From an uncultured virus (IMG/VR IMGVR_UViG_3300027782_000042) (taxonomy: Duplodnaviria > Heunggongvirae > Uroviricota > Caudoviricetes), in the IMG/VR virus record IMGVR_UViG_3300027782_000042: 64,000 nucleotides of DNA; one strand, 5' to 3'. Below the pieces are notes generated by a model that did not search any database, was not told the DNA's origin, and saw nothing but the letters and a program-made list of their open reading frames with translations. A program made the position numbers and the translations under genes. Below, piece after piece: positions 50,362 to 61,155 of this stretch. Each line of letters opens with the position of its first letter. Within the stretch, counting starts at the first letter, position 1.

Positions 50362-50651
50362 TAGGTTAACGAAGCGTAAGGATATGGGTTGTCTGATTTA
50401 TATTTGTTAATAACAATTTCTGATTTTCTTTCTAATTGGTCGGTTTTTGTTCCGCCATTTACAGTATCTAAGAAAACACCGGTACCTCTACCTTTATCAT
50501 CACCATCACTCATTGCATCTTTATTAGTCGATGAATACTCGTTTGTGGTCTTATAATCATTTTTAGGTATTAGTTTTTTTCTTTCTTGATCTGCATATTT
50601 AGACAACAAATTATTTGGTTGACTAAAATCTAAAGGTTCTAAAGTTGGCAT
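50361..50651 (-). CDS. Hypothetical protein
   Basis: 96 aa ORF in operon. Confidence 0.55.
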   Translation of the reverse strand: MPTLEPLDFSQPNNLLSKYADQERKKLIPKNDYKTTNEYSSTNKDAMSDGDDKGRGTGVFLDTVNGGTKTDQLERKSEIVINKYKSDNPYPYASLT

Positions 50652-50652
50652 A

Positions 50653-51114
50653 TTAAATTATTTTTTTTATTAAATCGTTTATCCTAATTAGGGTTTCTTT
50701 TATTTTTAAATTGTCTGTCATATCAGACGCATCAAATTCACTTGCTAAAGGTCCCAAGTCTTTAAGAAAATCCTTATCTATTGGGTCCTCTGGCATGTAA
50801 TCATTTTTAATGGTCTTTGTAAAATTATCGGTATCTCTCAAACCTTTTATTGTGTTTGTTACCCAATTTCTCATTAAATCACCACCATTTAGTATGTACG
50901 GGGCATCTTCCTTGTTTCCATTATAATATCTAAACCAATTATCAATTCTTTCTAACTGTTGGAAAGTTGCGTTTTTAGAACTCCTTAATTCCTCATTTCT
51001 TTTATGACCCTCAACAGAAGAATCAGAATTAGGGACTTGTTGAAAACAAATTGTTAAATGATCCAACATTTCTTTTGGTACATCAATAATTTTATTATAT
51101 AAATCTTTATTCAC
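50653..51114 (-). CDS. Hypothetical protein
   Basis: 153 aa ORF in operon. Confidence 0.55.
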   Translation of the reverse strand: MNKDLYNKIIDVPKEMLDHLTICFQQVPNSDSSVEGHKRNEELRSSKNATFQQLERIDNWFRYYNGNKEDAPYILNGGDLMRNWVTNTIKGLRDTDNFTKTIKNDYMPEDPIDKDFLKDLGPLASEFDASDMTDNLKIKETLIRINDLIKKII

Positions 51115-52090
51115 CTTTTTTTAAGATTTGTATTAATTTATTTAAGTTAATGTCTTCTTTATCTGCAATTGTTTTAATTGATTGTAGATTTTTTTTTATA
51201 ATTCTATAAATAGGCGTCTCATCGTCAGATTTAAGTTTTTCTTTTTTTACAATATCTTCACTATCTGATTTTTTACTTAAAACTATTTCATCAATTAAAG
51301 TGTCTAACTTATCTTTTTCTAATTCGAACAATCTTCTTTTTGTATAACAATTTTTACATCTACCTCGTTTTTTTTCTTGTTTTAATTCTAAATCTAATTT
51401 TTTATCAAAACCAAAAACTTTACATCTCTCATCTCTTTCTAAAAACTCTTCAACTCCAAGGTTTTTCATCGATTTCATACATGCCGGATATGTTTTATCA
51501 TATTTTGTTTCTTCACCACCAAACGTACCTGTTATATCTTCTTCATCTATTACAGGTTTGTCTTCTTCGGATTCACCATAATAAATTCTTGCAAATGGAA
51601 ATTGACTTACTCTGGACATTCTTGCCGTTTGATCCGTTGTTTTTCTTGGGTGGTGATTTAATTTTAAAATTGGAACATTAGATCCAATTGGAGATCCGTC
51701 GGACGAAACCAATTCGTCAATTTCACCATCGGTTTTTACTTCTTTATATTTTTCAGGAACTTTACTTGTTAGTTTAATCCCTAACTTTTGACCAAGTTTA
51801 ACAATGAATGGTGTTGCAATTGATGATCCAGGGACCAACTGAAAAACAATTAGAGGTATTAATTTTAATATATCTGAAGATTGATCTTTAATAAATTTTT
51901 TCTCTTCTTCATTTAAATCAAAATCTTTATTTTTTAAATAGTCTTTGGTTGTTGAAATAAGTATTTTTACAAGTAATCTTGTTTCTTTTACTTCGCTAAT
52001 TGCTAAATCTTTATATTTTTTTAACGCACCCAAAACCGAACCAGTATTTTTTGGTTTGTCTTCACTTAACAAATTATTTGAATGTGACAT
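51107..52090 (-). CDS. Protein with N-terminal LETM1-like segment
   Basis: LNEEEKKFIKDQSSDILKLIPLIVFQLVPGSSIATPFIVKL resembles LETM1 DlfRLvPf..f.ivPf...llP..vKl. Confidence 0.5.
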   Translation of the reverse strand: MSHSNNLLSEDKPKNTGSVLGALKKYKDLAISEVKETRLLVKILISTTKDYLKNKDFDLNEEEKKFIKDQSSDILKLIPLIVFQLVPGSSIATPFIVKLGQKLGIKLTSKVPEKYKEVKTDGEIDELVSSDGSPIGSNVPILKLNHHPRKTTDQTARMSRVSQFPFARIYYGESEEDKPVIDEEDITGTFGGEETKYDKTYPACMKSMKNLGVEEFLERDERCKVFGFDKKLDLELKQEKKRGRCKNCYTKRRLFELEKDKLDTLIDEIVLSKKSDSEDIVKKEKLKSDDETPIYRIIKKNLQSIKTIADKEDINLNKLIQILKKGE

Positions 52091-52143
52091 ATACAGTTTT
52101 TAATATAAATACTTTGATCTGTTGTATTTATTAAATAAAAAGA

Positions 52144-54999
52144 ATGGCGGGACAAAATATTAATCAATATGTGTTTCAAAAATATAAAATAAACACCGTT
52201 AATGAGTCAATGGATATGTCATTGTCGTCAGATGAAAGAGATTATAACGAGGAAGTTATTTTTTCTCCATACCTTATTGCGGAAACCTACGGTAATAAAT
52301 TACCAATTAATATTGATATTAATAATCCATTAACATCTCAAGGATTAATATTAAATTATAAAAATTTTAATTCTAATAATGTTTTTGTTTCTCAAAATTA
52401 CTATAACCCAAACAATGAAGATCTAACTTGTTTTTCATCATCAACATTATGTGATGTAGGTTTAACAGGTATAGATAATGGTTTGGTTGATAAAATGACG
52501 GGGGAGACCTTAAATTATACAAAAGGATTATATAATGATTTTTTAAAATTTGACAGATTACATTTTGATAGAAGAATTAAATTATTCCAAGTAACGGGAT
52601 ACACCCAAAGTAATAATAAATTTTCAGGAATTACAAAAGACACTCTTTATGAGGTTGTAAGTAAAAACGATCCTCAGTTTGGTAAGTACCATGAATTGTA
52701 CGGTGGTTTCTACCAAGGATTTTACAAACTATTTGGATTTGATTATGAGGTTTTACCTGAAAGATCTTCTAAAGGTTGGTCGGTAGAAATGTTATTAAGA
52801 CCTAGATTTGTTAATGAATACAATCCATTACCTACTGAAACAACTCTTAATGAGATGTACCCAAAAAATAAAAATACGTTTTTTTATTTTGGTACAAGAG
52901 CCGAAAATAAATTTTACCATCATGCCGATGGACACCCAAATTGTTTAACTGGTTATACAAGAGTTACTAATTCATTAAGTGGTTGTCCGTCAACATGTGC
53001 TTGTTGTGATAGAACAGTTACGGATAGTAGATGTGTTTATGTTTACCCACCAAGATCTTATAATAACCAACATGATCCACATTTAAATTATGGATGTCCA
53101 CTTTGTGGTGGAGACAAAAAAATCTCACTAACATGTGGTTGTGGTTGTAATGAAAGTTCATGTGAAACTTGTGGGTGGGAATGCCAAATACATAATTGTG
53201 AAACAGTAATTTTACCAACACCTACCCCGTCACCAACACCAACACCAACTCCATCATGTGAAACACAAACACCGGTATGTACACCAACCTGTACTAAATG
53301 TGAAACGTGCGATGAGTGTACAACTTGTGGACCAACGGGTTTTACTTCTATTGAGTACACATGTGAGACCGATCCATTGTTTGATGTTATGTCAAATAAC
53401 ATATCGTTTAAACTTTGTGGTGATGTAAAAAACCCACAGATTGGTGTAAAGGTATTAAGGTTTACTGGTGGTTGTGAAACAACGGGAACTTGTGTAACGG
53501 GTAAAACATATGTTACAGGATATACTATTGATGAATATTGTTCACCACCAATTTATCCTTATTGTGAAATTGTTAACCCTGATTTCTTAAATGAAGAGCA
53601 TTGGTTTTTAGTTAATGTAACTTGGGAAAGATATTCATGGTTTGATTTCTGTGATTTAAAATTTTATGGAGGTTTGTTTGACATTACTAAATTTGAATAC
53701 TTGGAATCCTTGGCAAACAACAGTGTTGAATTAATAAGGCCTCCTTTAACCCATAACAATAAAAGCGGAGAATTAATAGAATTAGTTAACTTAAATGAAA
53801 CTTGGTTAGATGAAAAAAAATATAGATTAGGAAGATTAAAGATTTATGTTAACGGTAAAAAAATATATACAATAGAGGACTTTGAAGAAGTAATACCAAG
53901 AGGTTTGTTTACCGATAAAGAAAAACAAATAGGGGTTCCTTTTAATATCTCTTGGGGTGGTGGAACACAAGGATTACATGAAAATTTAACTTTTTCATCT
54001 TGTTCTGCGTTAACATCAAATTACATACAAGATCCAGAATGTTTACCTAATAATATATTAAGTGGTACTACTTTATCAGGGTTAAGTACTAACATATTAC
54101 TTGAACAAAATTTCGGGGGAACTTTTGATGGGGGGATATCTCAATTCAGATTTTATATTGAACCGTTAGAATCTGATGAGATCAAACATAATTTTAAATT
54201 ATTAAAAGATAAATTTATTTTATTTGATCCTGATTGTCCTGATTGTGATACTAAATTTTGTAAGACAAATGATTTAACATATCAGATAAATAATGTTGTT
54301 ACAAGCACAACAACAATAAATTCTTTACCACATAGTTTAGGTAGGGTTTATATTGAGGACAAAAGAGATTTAAATTATCTTATAAAAAACAACCAACGAA
54401 CACTCCAACAAATATCAACACCACCAAAAGTTTTAACTCAAAGGTATTGGGATGCCAATGGGTGGTGGGGAGATCAAGGAAACACACCTCAATGTGTTGG
54501 GTATTCGTGGTCACATTGGTTAGAAGATGGTCCTATACAACAATCGGGAATACCACCGATAATAAAACCTTTTGATATATATAAAAACGCACAAAAATTA
54601 GATGAGTGGTATGGTGAAAACTATGACGGAACATCAGTTAGAGGGGCGGTAAAATATCTTAAAAATATTGGTAAAGTAAAATCATACTATTGGGCGTTTG
54701 ATGTACAAACATTGTCTGAAACAATTTTAAAATTAGGTCCTGTGGTTGTTGGGACTAATTGGTATAATGGAATGTTTTATCCTAATAAAACTGGGTTAAT
54801 TAAAATTAGTGGACAGATGGTTGGTGGTCATGCCTACTTAATAAATGGTGTTGACACAAAAACAAAACAATTTAGAATAAAAAACAGTTGGGGTAAATCT
54901 TGGGGTAATGGTGGACATGCATTTATTTCGTTTAATGATATGTCAAGGTTAATAAAAGAAAATGGAGAAATCTGTTTGGCAATTGAATTAGGAAGTTAA
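52144..54999 (+). CDS. Large Cys-rich probable virion protein with PT linker and C-terminal papain-like (C1A) cysteine peptidase
   Basis: [31 protein letters not shown] (Gln/Cys/His/Asn set); Cys-rich centre; LamG-like GRLKIYVNG...[11 protein letters not shown]. Confidence 0.75.
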   Translation: MAGQNINQYVFQKYKINTVNESMDMSLSSDERDYNEEVIFSPYLIAETYGNKLPINIDINNPLTSQGLILNYKNFNSNNVFVSQNYYNPNNEDLTCFSSSTLCDVGLTGIDNGLVDKMTGETLNYTKGLYNDFLKFDRLHFDRRIKLFQVTGYTQSNNKFSGITKDTLYEVVSKNDPQFGKYHELYGGFYQGFYKLFGFDYEVLPERSSKGWSVEMLLRPRFVNEYNPLPTETTLNEMYPKNKNTFFYFGTRAENKFYHHADGHPNCLTGYTRVTNSLSGCPSTCACCDRTVTDSRCVYVYPPRSYNNQHDPHLNYGCPLCGGDKKISLTCGCGCNESSCETCGWECQIHNCETVILPTPTPSPTPTPTPSCETQTPVCTPTCTKCETCDECTTCGPTGFTSIEYTCETDPLFDVMSNNISFKLCGDVKNPQIGVKVLRFTGGCETTGTCVTGKTYVTGYTIDEYCSPPIYPYCEIVNPDFLNEEHWFLVNVTWERYSWFDFCDLKFYGGLFDITKFEYLESLANNSVELIRPPLTHNNKSGELIELVNLNETWLDEKKYRLGRLKIYVNGKKIYTIEDFEEVIPRGLFTDKEKQIGVPFNISWGGGTQGLHENLTFSSCSALTSNYIQDPECLPNNILSGTTLSGLSTNILLEQNFGGTFDGGISQFRFYIEPLESDEIKHNFKLLKDKFILFDPDCPDCDTKFCKTNDLTYQINNVVTSTTTINSLPHSLGRVYIEDKRDLNYLIKNNQRTLQQISTPPKVLTQRYWDANGWWGDQGNTPQCVGYSWSHWLEDGPIQQSGIPPIIKPFDIYKNAQKLDEWYGENYDGTSVRGAVKYLKNIGKVKSYYWAFDVQTLSETILKLGPVVVGTNWYNGMFYPNKTGLIKISGQMVGGHAYLINGVDTKTKQFRIKNSWGKSWGNGGHAFISFNDMSRLIKENGEICLAIELGS

Positions 55000-55745
55000 T
55001 GAGTACAAGTATTACAATAGAAAGTATTAATTTTATTGGGGAAAGTGTCACAGTACTTTTCAAACCCGATAACGATTTGGTTACAATTAATTTGGGTCCA
55101 ATAACTCTACCGTTTATATTTTTCCCGGCTTCTTTAAACCCACCAAGAGAAGTATATGGAACATACACAATATTAGTGGATGGAAGTAAATGTGTTAACA
55201 TACTTAATGTTCCTAGAGTTACACCAACACCAACACCGACGATTACTCCAACAAGAACTCAAACACCAACACCAACACCTACTAACACTCCAACAACGAC
55301 TTTGGATCCTTGTAAAGTACCAACACCAACACCTACGGTAACGCCAACAATAAGTTTAACTCCAACAATAACACCTACACCAAGTGCGACTTGTACTAAT
55401 CCTTGTGGGTGTGGTGACCCAACACCAACACCAACAGTTAAACCACCTAAACCAACACAAACTTGTACAAACCCTTGTGGATGTACCCCAACACCTACAC
55501 CAACAGGAACTAATACCCCAACACCTACACCAACAGGAACTAATACCCCAACACCTACACCAACAGGAACTAATACTCCAACACCTACACCAACAGGAAC
55601 TAATACTCCAACACCTACACCAACAGGAACTAATACTCCAACACCAACACCTACACCAACAACACCTACATTTATATTTTATATAACCGGTGAAGATGGG
55701 AATAGGATACTTTCAGAAATAAGTCAGTACATAATTGCAGAATAA
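54999..55745 (+). CDS. Pro/Thr mucin-like repeat protein
   Basis: Long (PT)n tract with [10 protein letters not shown] repeats and CTNPCGC motifs. Confidence 0.7.
   Translation: MSTSITIESINFIGESVTVLFKPDNDLVTINLGPITLPFIFFPASLNPPREVYGTYTILVDGSKCVNILNVPRVTPTPTPTITPTRTQTPTPTPTNTPTTTLDPCKVPTPTPTVTPTISLTPTITPTPSATCTNPCGCGDPTPTPTVKPPKPTQTCTNPCGCTPTPTPTGTNTPTPTPTGTNTPTPTPTGTNTPTPTPTGTNTPTPTPTGTNTPTPTPTPTTPTFIFYITGEDGNRILSEISQYIIAE
55488..55643 (+). repeat. 30-bp tandem repeat, ~5 copies
   Basis: CCAACACCTACACCAACAGGAACTAATACY units. Confidence 0.9.
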
Positions 55746-55770
55746 ACTATTTATAATTAAAAAATAAAAA

Positions 55771-58203
55771 ATGTCAGACGTTAAAATATCTCAATTTCCA
55801 TATGTGGGTAATACAGGTTATACACCAAATGATTTGTTTGTGTTTGTTAACTATTTGAGCCCAACCGGAACAACAAGTAACACAAAAATAGACGACTTTA
55901 AAAATTTCATAATAATTGATTCTTATAATTATTTTCTACCATTAAGTGGAGGGAGTGTAACAGGATCAACAACATTTACAAATGGATTAACCGCAAACAC
56001 AATATCCGCAACAACATATCAAAATTTACCTAAAGATATATTTGTTACAGGAGGAACATACACTAATGGGAGTACCACGTTTACAAACAATACAGGTGGT
56101 ACATTTACAATTACAGGGTTTAGTACAACAACACCATTTACAGGTGGTACCGTATCAGGTGCGACTAATTTCACAAATGGATTAACCGCAAACACAATAT
56201 CTGCAACTACGTATCAAAATTTACCGCAAGATATATTTGTTACAGGAGGAACGTACACTAATGGTGAAATACTATTTAAAAATAACGCAGGAAATAATTT
56301 TACTGTTACAGGACTACCTATTGGAGGTGCTGGAGGAGAAGTTTATTATTTAAATCTATCTCAAACACAAACACCATATCAAGAATTTTCACCAATAGGA
56401 GTTATCTTACCTGAACAAGTAAGTGCGGTAACAATAAATAGTGGTGTGACATCAACAATTGCTTCATTTTTAACTCCTGTTGGGTATCCAAATACAATAA
56501 CAATACCTGCAGGGATTTGGAGTTTTTATTTACATTCATATAAGGATGTGGTAAATGCTTCTTTTGATATTTTTTGTGAGGTTTATGTTAGAACAACAGG
56601 AGGCACAGAAACTTTAATAATAACAACAGATGGGGCAGATGTTAAGACTGTCGACCCCGATACTTATTTTGAATTAAGCGAAGGATATTATAGTGGGTCA
56701 ACAATCGATGTTACAGATAGAATTTTAGTTAAAGTTTTATCAACAAACACAGGTTCCCAAACTAATACTGTTACATTTTTAACCGAAGGTCAACAACATT
56801 ATTCTTACGGTATAACACCGTTTAGTAATTTTAACGCACTTACTTGTGAAACTTTAAGTGGGTGTACTACTATTGTAGATTTAGAAAACAATAAGGTTAA
56901 TAAGAGTGGTGATACTATGACAGGCACATTAAATGTTCCCACAATATCTGCAACAACATATCAAAATTTACCTAAAGATATATTTGTTACAGGAGGAACA
57001 TACACTAATGGGAGTACCACGTTTACAAACAATACAGGTGGTACATTTACAATTACAGGGTTTAGTACAACAACACCATTTACAGGTGGTACCGTATCAG
57101 GTGCGACTAATTTCACAAATGGATTAACCGCAAACACAATATCGGCAACAACCATAACTGTTAATGGGTCCATAATAGCTACAGGAATAACCCAATCAAT
57201 ATTTTCAGGTAATAGTTCTTCAGATTTAGTAAGAATCACACAAACAGGTTCAGGTAGAGCGTTTGTTGTAGAAGATTCGGCAAACCCTGATTTTACACCA
57301 TTTCAGATTAATAATCAAGGAAAAGTCGGTGTTGGAGAAAGTTTAATAATATCTAGTTGGTATTCTTCAACAACAGTAAATGCGTTTTTAGAAATAAACT
57401 CAACACTTGACAGTCGTGACTATGGTATTTATCAAGCGGGTCCTGTTGTTAGTTTACCATCTTATGGTGTATTCGCTAATGCAGCTCAAATTGGTGTTTT
57501 TGGTAGTATTGCTAGTGATGGTGGTGGTATTGGTGTTTATGGTCAAACAGGAAATGCTGGTGGTGAATCACAGTCAGGTGATTATATAGGAGGAAAGTTT
57601 GAATCATTCACATCTGGAGGTAATAGATATTCCTTACAATTACTTGATGGCACAGAAGGTGTTGGTAAAGTTTTAGTGTCGCAAACATCAGATGGTAAAT
57701 CCAATTGGAGCTCAAGTTTAACAGGGTTAACAACTGTTGGTACTACATTACTAAAAATTAGTGGTATTACTGTTAACCCAAAACAAACAATTGCATTATT
57801 TTTTGGTCACGATTCATTGAGTCCTGGAGACACCCAAACCTATTATATTGGTAATGCAATAAATTTAACAGCTCCGATTTCAGGATCTGATGGTAGAAGA
57901 GTTATTATTCCAAAAACAGGAAATATTGTTAGAGTTGATATTTGTCAAAACGTTGGCGGGGTTGTGGCTACTGGGTCAACTGAGTATAGTACCTTTACAA
58001 TAAACAACGTAACTCAATCAACTCAATCCACAATAACAACAACATATCTTTATAATACATCAAATGGAAATATTGCATATGATTTAGGAACACCATTATC
58101 CGTAAATGTTGGGGATAAAATAGAAATAAGGTGGACCACACCTGCTTGGGTAATTAACCCAACCACAGTAAGACAACAAATGAACGTTTATTTAGAATAT
58201 TAA
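55771..58203 (+). CDS. Thr/Gly-rich tail-fibre-like protein
   Basis: MSDVKISQFP start, LPLSGGSVTG and KSGDTMTG fibre-type motifs, internal repeats; late motif at 55748. Confidence 0.65.
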   Translation: MSDVKISQFPYVGNTGYTPNDLFVFVNYLSPTGTTSNTKIDDFKNFIIIDSYNYFLPLSGGSVTGSTTFTNGLTANTISATTYQNLPKDIFVTGGTYTNGSTTFTNNTGGTFTITGFSTTTPFTGGTVSGATNFTNGLTANTISATTYQNLPQDIFVTGGTYTNGEILFKNNAGNNFTVTGLPIGGAGGEVYYLNLSQTQTPYQEFSPIGVILPEQVSAVTINSGVTSTIASFLTPVGYPNTITIPAGIWSFYLHSYKDVVNASFDIFCEVYVRTTGGTETLIITTDGADVKTVDPDTYFELSEGYYSGSTIDVTDRILVKVLSTNTGSQTNTVTFLTEGQQHYSYGITPFSNFNALTCETLSGCTTIVDLENNKVNKSGDTMTGTLNVPTISATTYQNLPKDIFVTGGTYTNGSTTFTNNTGGTFTITGFSTTTPFTGGTVSGATNFTNGLTANTISATTITVNGSIIATGITQSIFSGNSSSDLVRITQTGSGRAFVVEDSANPDFTPFQINNQGKVGVGESLIISSWYSSTTVNAFLEINSTLDSRDYGIYQAGPVVSLPSYGVFANAAQIGVFGSIASDGGGIGVYGQTGNAGGESQSGDYIGGKFESFTSGGNRYSLQLLDGTEGVGKVLVSQTSDGKSNWSSSLTGLTTVGTTLLKISGITVNPKQTIALFFGHDSLSPGDTQTYYIGNAINLTAPISGSDGRRVIIPKTGNIVRVDICQNVGGVVATGSTEYSTFTINNVTQSTQSTITTTYLYNTSNGNIAYDLGTPLSVNVGDKIEIRWTTPAWVINPTTVRQQMNVYLEY
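55999..57143 (+). repeat. ~200-bp near-identical direct repeat (55999-56201 and 56941-57143)
   Basis: Both copies encode TISATTYQNLPKDIFVTGGTYTNGSTTFTNNTGGTFTITGFSTTTPFTGGTVSGATNFTNGLTANTIS and are nearly identical in DNA. Confidence 0.9.
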
Positions 58204-58205
58204 TT

Positions 58206-58376
58206 ATGGAAAAAGGAACTTATATTATTGAAACCTACACAGTAAATCACCCAACTGAAGGTGATATGACAAAACAACAAATTATTTATTACAATCAAAG
58301 AGATGAAATTGTTACTCTCGAGTTTTATGATGGATATATAAGACCTGGATACACACTTAAAAATATTTCAGAGTAA
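58206..58376 (+). CDS. Small protein, 56 aa, after fibre gene (not in ORF track)
   Basis: MEKGTYIIETYTVNHPTEGDMTKQQIIYYNQRDEIVTLEFYDGYIRPGYTLKNISE-TAA; fills the gap exactly. Confidence 0.6.
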   Translation: MEKGTYIIETYTVNHPTEGDMTKQQIIYYNQRDEIVTLEFYDGYIRPGYTLKNISE

Positions 58377-58384
58377 ACAATATA

Positions 58385-58852
58385 ATGCCAAACGATATTA
58401 CAATAACAAATATTACAGGAACATCACCATATGATTTATATGTTTGTGATGTTACAAACACTTTGTGTATTTTTATATCAGGGTTAACGTCTGTTCCTCC
58501 AAGTTACACATTTATTGTTCCTCCACCATTAAACACTTCAGGTTCTTTATTAATTAAAATTATAGATGGAGATGGTTGTGAGAGATTTGAATATTACTCA
58601 TGTGTAAGTCCCACGCCAACACCAACACCCACACCAACCCCAAGTCCTTTACCAATATGTTATTGTACTGAGGCCATTGCATTAACCGATGCCGATGGTA
58701 CTTTAGATTTTGTGGATTGCCTTGGTATCGTTAATACATCAGTCCCGATAAGCCATACATCACCATCATATTTCTGTGCGTCTGTTGTAACAAATTTATC
58801 TAATGTTAATATTGTTACCGGACCACCTTGTGTTTCCAATCTTTGTGTTTAA
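58385..58852 (+). CDS. Cys-containing protein with PT linker
   Basis: [14 protein letters not shown] between two small Cys-bearing domains. Confidence 0.6.
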   Translation: MPNDITITNITGTSPYDLYVCDVTNTLCIFISGLTSVPPSYTFIVPPPLNTSGSLLIKIIDGDGCERFEYYSCVSPTPTPTPTPTPSPLPICYCTEAIALTDADGTLDFVDCLGIVNTSVPISHTSPSYFCASVVTNLSNVNIVTGPPCVSNLCV

Positions 58853-58899
58853 ATTATTTATTTTAGTTCATTTGTTTATTATTTTTTTAAAAAAAAGTA

Positions 58900-60147
58900 A
58901 TGAAAATTTTTATACAAATTGCGTCTTATAGGGACCCACAATTAATACCAACAATCAAAAATTGTGTAGACAACTCAAAAAATCCACAGAATTTAGTTTT
59001 TTCAATTGCAAGACAATTTAATCCTGAGGATAAGTTTGATGATCTCTCAGAATTTGAGTCTGATAAAAGATTTAAAATTCTAAACATTCCTTATCAAGAA
59101 TCAAAAGGAGTTTGTTGGGCAAGAAATTTAACTCAACAACAATATGATGGTGAAGAGTATACTTTACAGATAGATTCCCATATGCGTTTTGAAAAAGATT
59201 GGGACCAAACTTTAATTGACATGATTAAAGATTTACAAACCAAAGGTTATAAAAAACCATTATTAACTGGATATGTGTCGTCCTTTGATCCTGACAATGA
59301 CCCTCAAGGTAGAGTTTTAGATCCGTGGAGAATGACGTTTGACCGATTTACACCTGAAGGTTGTGTTTTCTTTTTACCCGAAGTGATTCCTAATTGGAAA
59401 GACCTAACGGGACCAATACCATCAAGATTTTACTCGGCACACTTTTGTTTCACATTAGGAGAATTTTCAAAAGAAGTTCAACACGATCCCGAATATTATT
59501 TTCACGGAGAAGAAATCTCAATTGCCGTAAGGGCCTATACTCATGGATATGATTTATTTCATCCACATAAAATTGTTATTTGGCATGAGTACACAAGAAA
59601 AGGTAGAACAAAACAATGGGACGACGATAAAGAATGGTATAAGAAAAATGAATCATCACATTCTAAAAATAGAAAACTTTTAGGTGTTGATGGGGAAATA
59701 TTAAACGAGGAGATTGGAATCTATGGGATGGGAACAGGACGTACCGTTACAGATTACGAAAAATACTCAGGTATACTATTTTCAAAAAGAGCGGTACAAC
59801 AATATACAATAGATAAGAAATATCCGCCAAATCCATACGATTATAAGAACGAGGAAGAATGGATTAATAGTTTTTCAATGATCTTTAAACATTGTATTGA
59901 TGTTTCATTTAACGATGTTTCAGAAAATGATTATGAGTTTTGGGTTGTTGCATTTCACAATGAAAAAGATGAAACACTCTTTAGAAAAGATGCGGACACA
60001 GGAGAAATTCTTAGGATGAAACAAGATCCTGACGGATATTGTAAAGTATGGAGAGAGTTTAACACAACAGAGAAACCAAAGTACTGGGTTGTTTGGCCGT
60101 ACTCAAAATCAAAAGGATGGTGTAATAGATTAACGGGAAATTTATAA
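58900..60147 (+). CDS. GT60-like (GlcNAc family) protein/peptide glycosyltransferase
   Basis: IFIQIASYRDPQL..TI, SKGVCWAR, LQIDSHMRF, FHGEEI..AVRAYTHGYDLF. Confidence 0.8.
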   Translation: MKIFIQIASYRDPQLIPTIKNCVDNSKNPQNLVFSIARQFNPEDKFDDLSEFESDKRFKILNIPYQESKGVCWARNLTQQQYDGEEYTLQIDSHMRFEKDWDQTLIDMIKDLQTKGYKKPLLTGYVSSFDPDNDPQGRVLDPWRMTFDRFTPEGCVFFLPEVIPNWKDLTGPIPSRFYSAHFCFTLGEFSKEVQHDPEYYFHGEEISIAVRAYTHGYDLFHPHKIVIWHEYTRKGRTKQWDDDKEWYKKNESSHSKNRKLLGVDGEILNEEIGIYGMGTGRTVTDYEKYSGILFSKRAVQQYTIDKKYPPNPYDYKNEEEWINSFSMIFKHCIDVSFNDVSENDYEFWVVAFHNEKDETLFRKDADTGEILRMKQDPDGYCKVWREFNTTEKPKYWVVWPYSKSKGWCNRLTGNL

Positions 60148-60150
60148 ATT

Positions 60151-61155
60151 GTGAATTTAGAAATTAGACACGAATTTAGGGACATTAGATTTGGTAATGA
60201 TGAATTTTATGTGACAAGTTTTTTTAAAAAATTTTACGAAAAACTTAAAACAAAATACCCTAATCACAATTTTACGGTTAACAATAAAAAAGAATACGAA
60301 AAATATGGTCAAGGAGGAATTCATAGTTGTATGAATTTTTCAATTATAAATCCGTTAAACAAAAATTATATACTAATTTCTTTTTTTGATAATTGGAAAT
60401 ATCATTTCATGTCTCACTTAGGGTGGGAAGCGAACAAAATGAAACAATTTTTTTACCCTGGAGGGTTTAATTTTTTAGACTATTTTAATTTTAAAGAAAT
60501 CTCTAAAACTAACAGAGATTTAATATTCCCAAAAAACATAGATTCAATTTATAATTCATTTTATTACGGACCTTATTTTGATTCTTGTTATGATGAAATG
60601 AAAGTTTTATATAATAACAAATCAAATATAGAAAAAAGTGATAAATTATATTTTAGAGGATGGTTATGGGATTTTAGAAAAGAAATGGTTAAAAACATTA
60701 ATAGAGAAGATGTTTTAATAATTGATAAAAATGAGAACAATCAAAATTTAAATTATAATACTTATTTAAACGAAACTTCACAATACGCCGCAGCACTAAG
60801 TTTACCTGGTGGTAATGAAATGTGTAATAGGGATATTGAATGTTTTGGTATTGGTGTTCCTGTTATAAGACCTACATTGAATATTGAATATAATGATCCA
60901 TTGATACCTAACTATCATTACATTAGTTGTTATCATTTTTGTGATTATAGTGATGGGGGACACCCAAAATATTTATCTTATGAAGATTTTAAAAAAAATT
61001 TATTAATAACATGGGATAAAGTAAAAAATAATAAAGAATATTTAAATTTTGTTTCTACTAATGCAAGGTCTTGGTTTGAAAGAAATTGTACTGTGGAAAA
61101 CAACATTAATCATATTTTAGATAAACTTAATTTAGAAAAATTATTAGAGGAATGA
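60151..61155 (+). CDS. Putative glycosyltransferase (GT-B-like C-terminal domain)
   Basis: KLYFRG, ALSLPGGNEMCNRDIECFGIGVPVI, LIPNYHYI. Confidence 0.55.
   Translation: MNLEIRHEFRDIRFGNDEFYVTSFFKKFYEKLKTKYPNHNFTVNNKKEYEKYGQGGIHSCMNFSIINPLNKNYILISFFDNWKYHFMSHLGWEANKMKQFFYPGGFNFLDYFNFKEISKTNRDLIFPKNIDSIYNSFYYGPYFDSCYDEMKVLYNNKSNIEKSDKLYFRGWLWDFRKEMVKNINREDVLIIDKNENNQNLNYNTYLNETSQYAAALSLPGGNEMCNRDIECFGIGVPVIRPTLNIEYNDPLIPNYHYISCYHFCDYSDGGHPKYLSYEDFKKNLLITWDKVKNNKEYLNFVSTNARSWFERNCTVENNINHILDKLNLEKLLEE

Noticed and set aside
55488..55643. Possible CRISPR array
   Set aside because: Units are contiguous 30-bp tandem copies without unique spacers and encode an in-frame PT repeat.
55999..57143. Diversity-generating retroelement TR/VR pair
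   Set aside because: Copies are almost identical with no adenine-specific mismatch pattern, both are internal to one CDS, and no reverse transcriptase is in the window.
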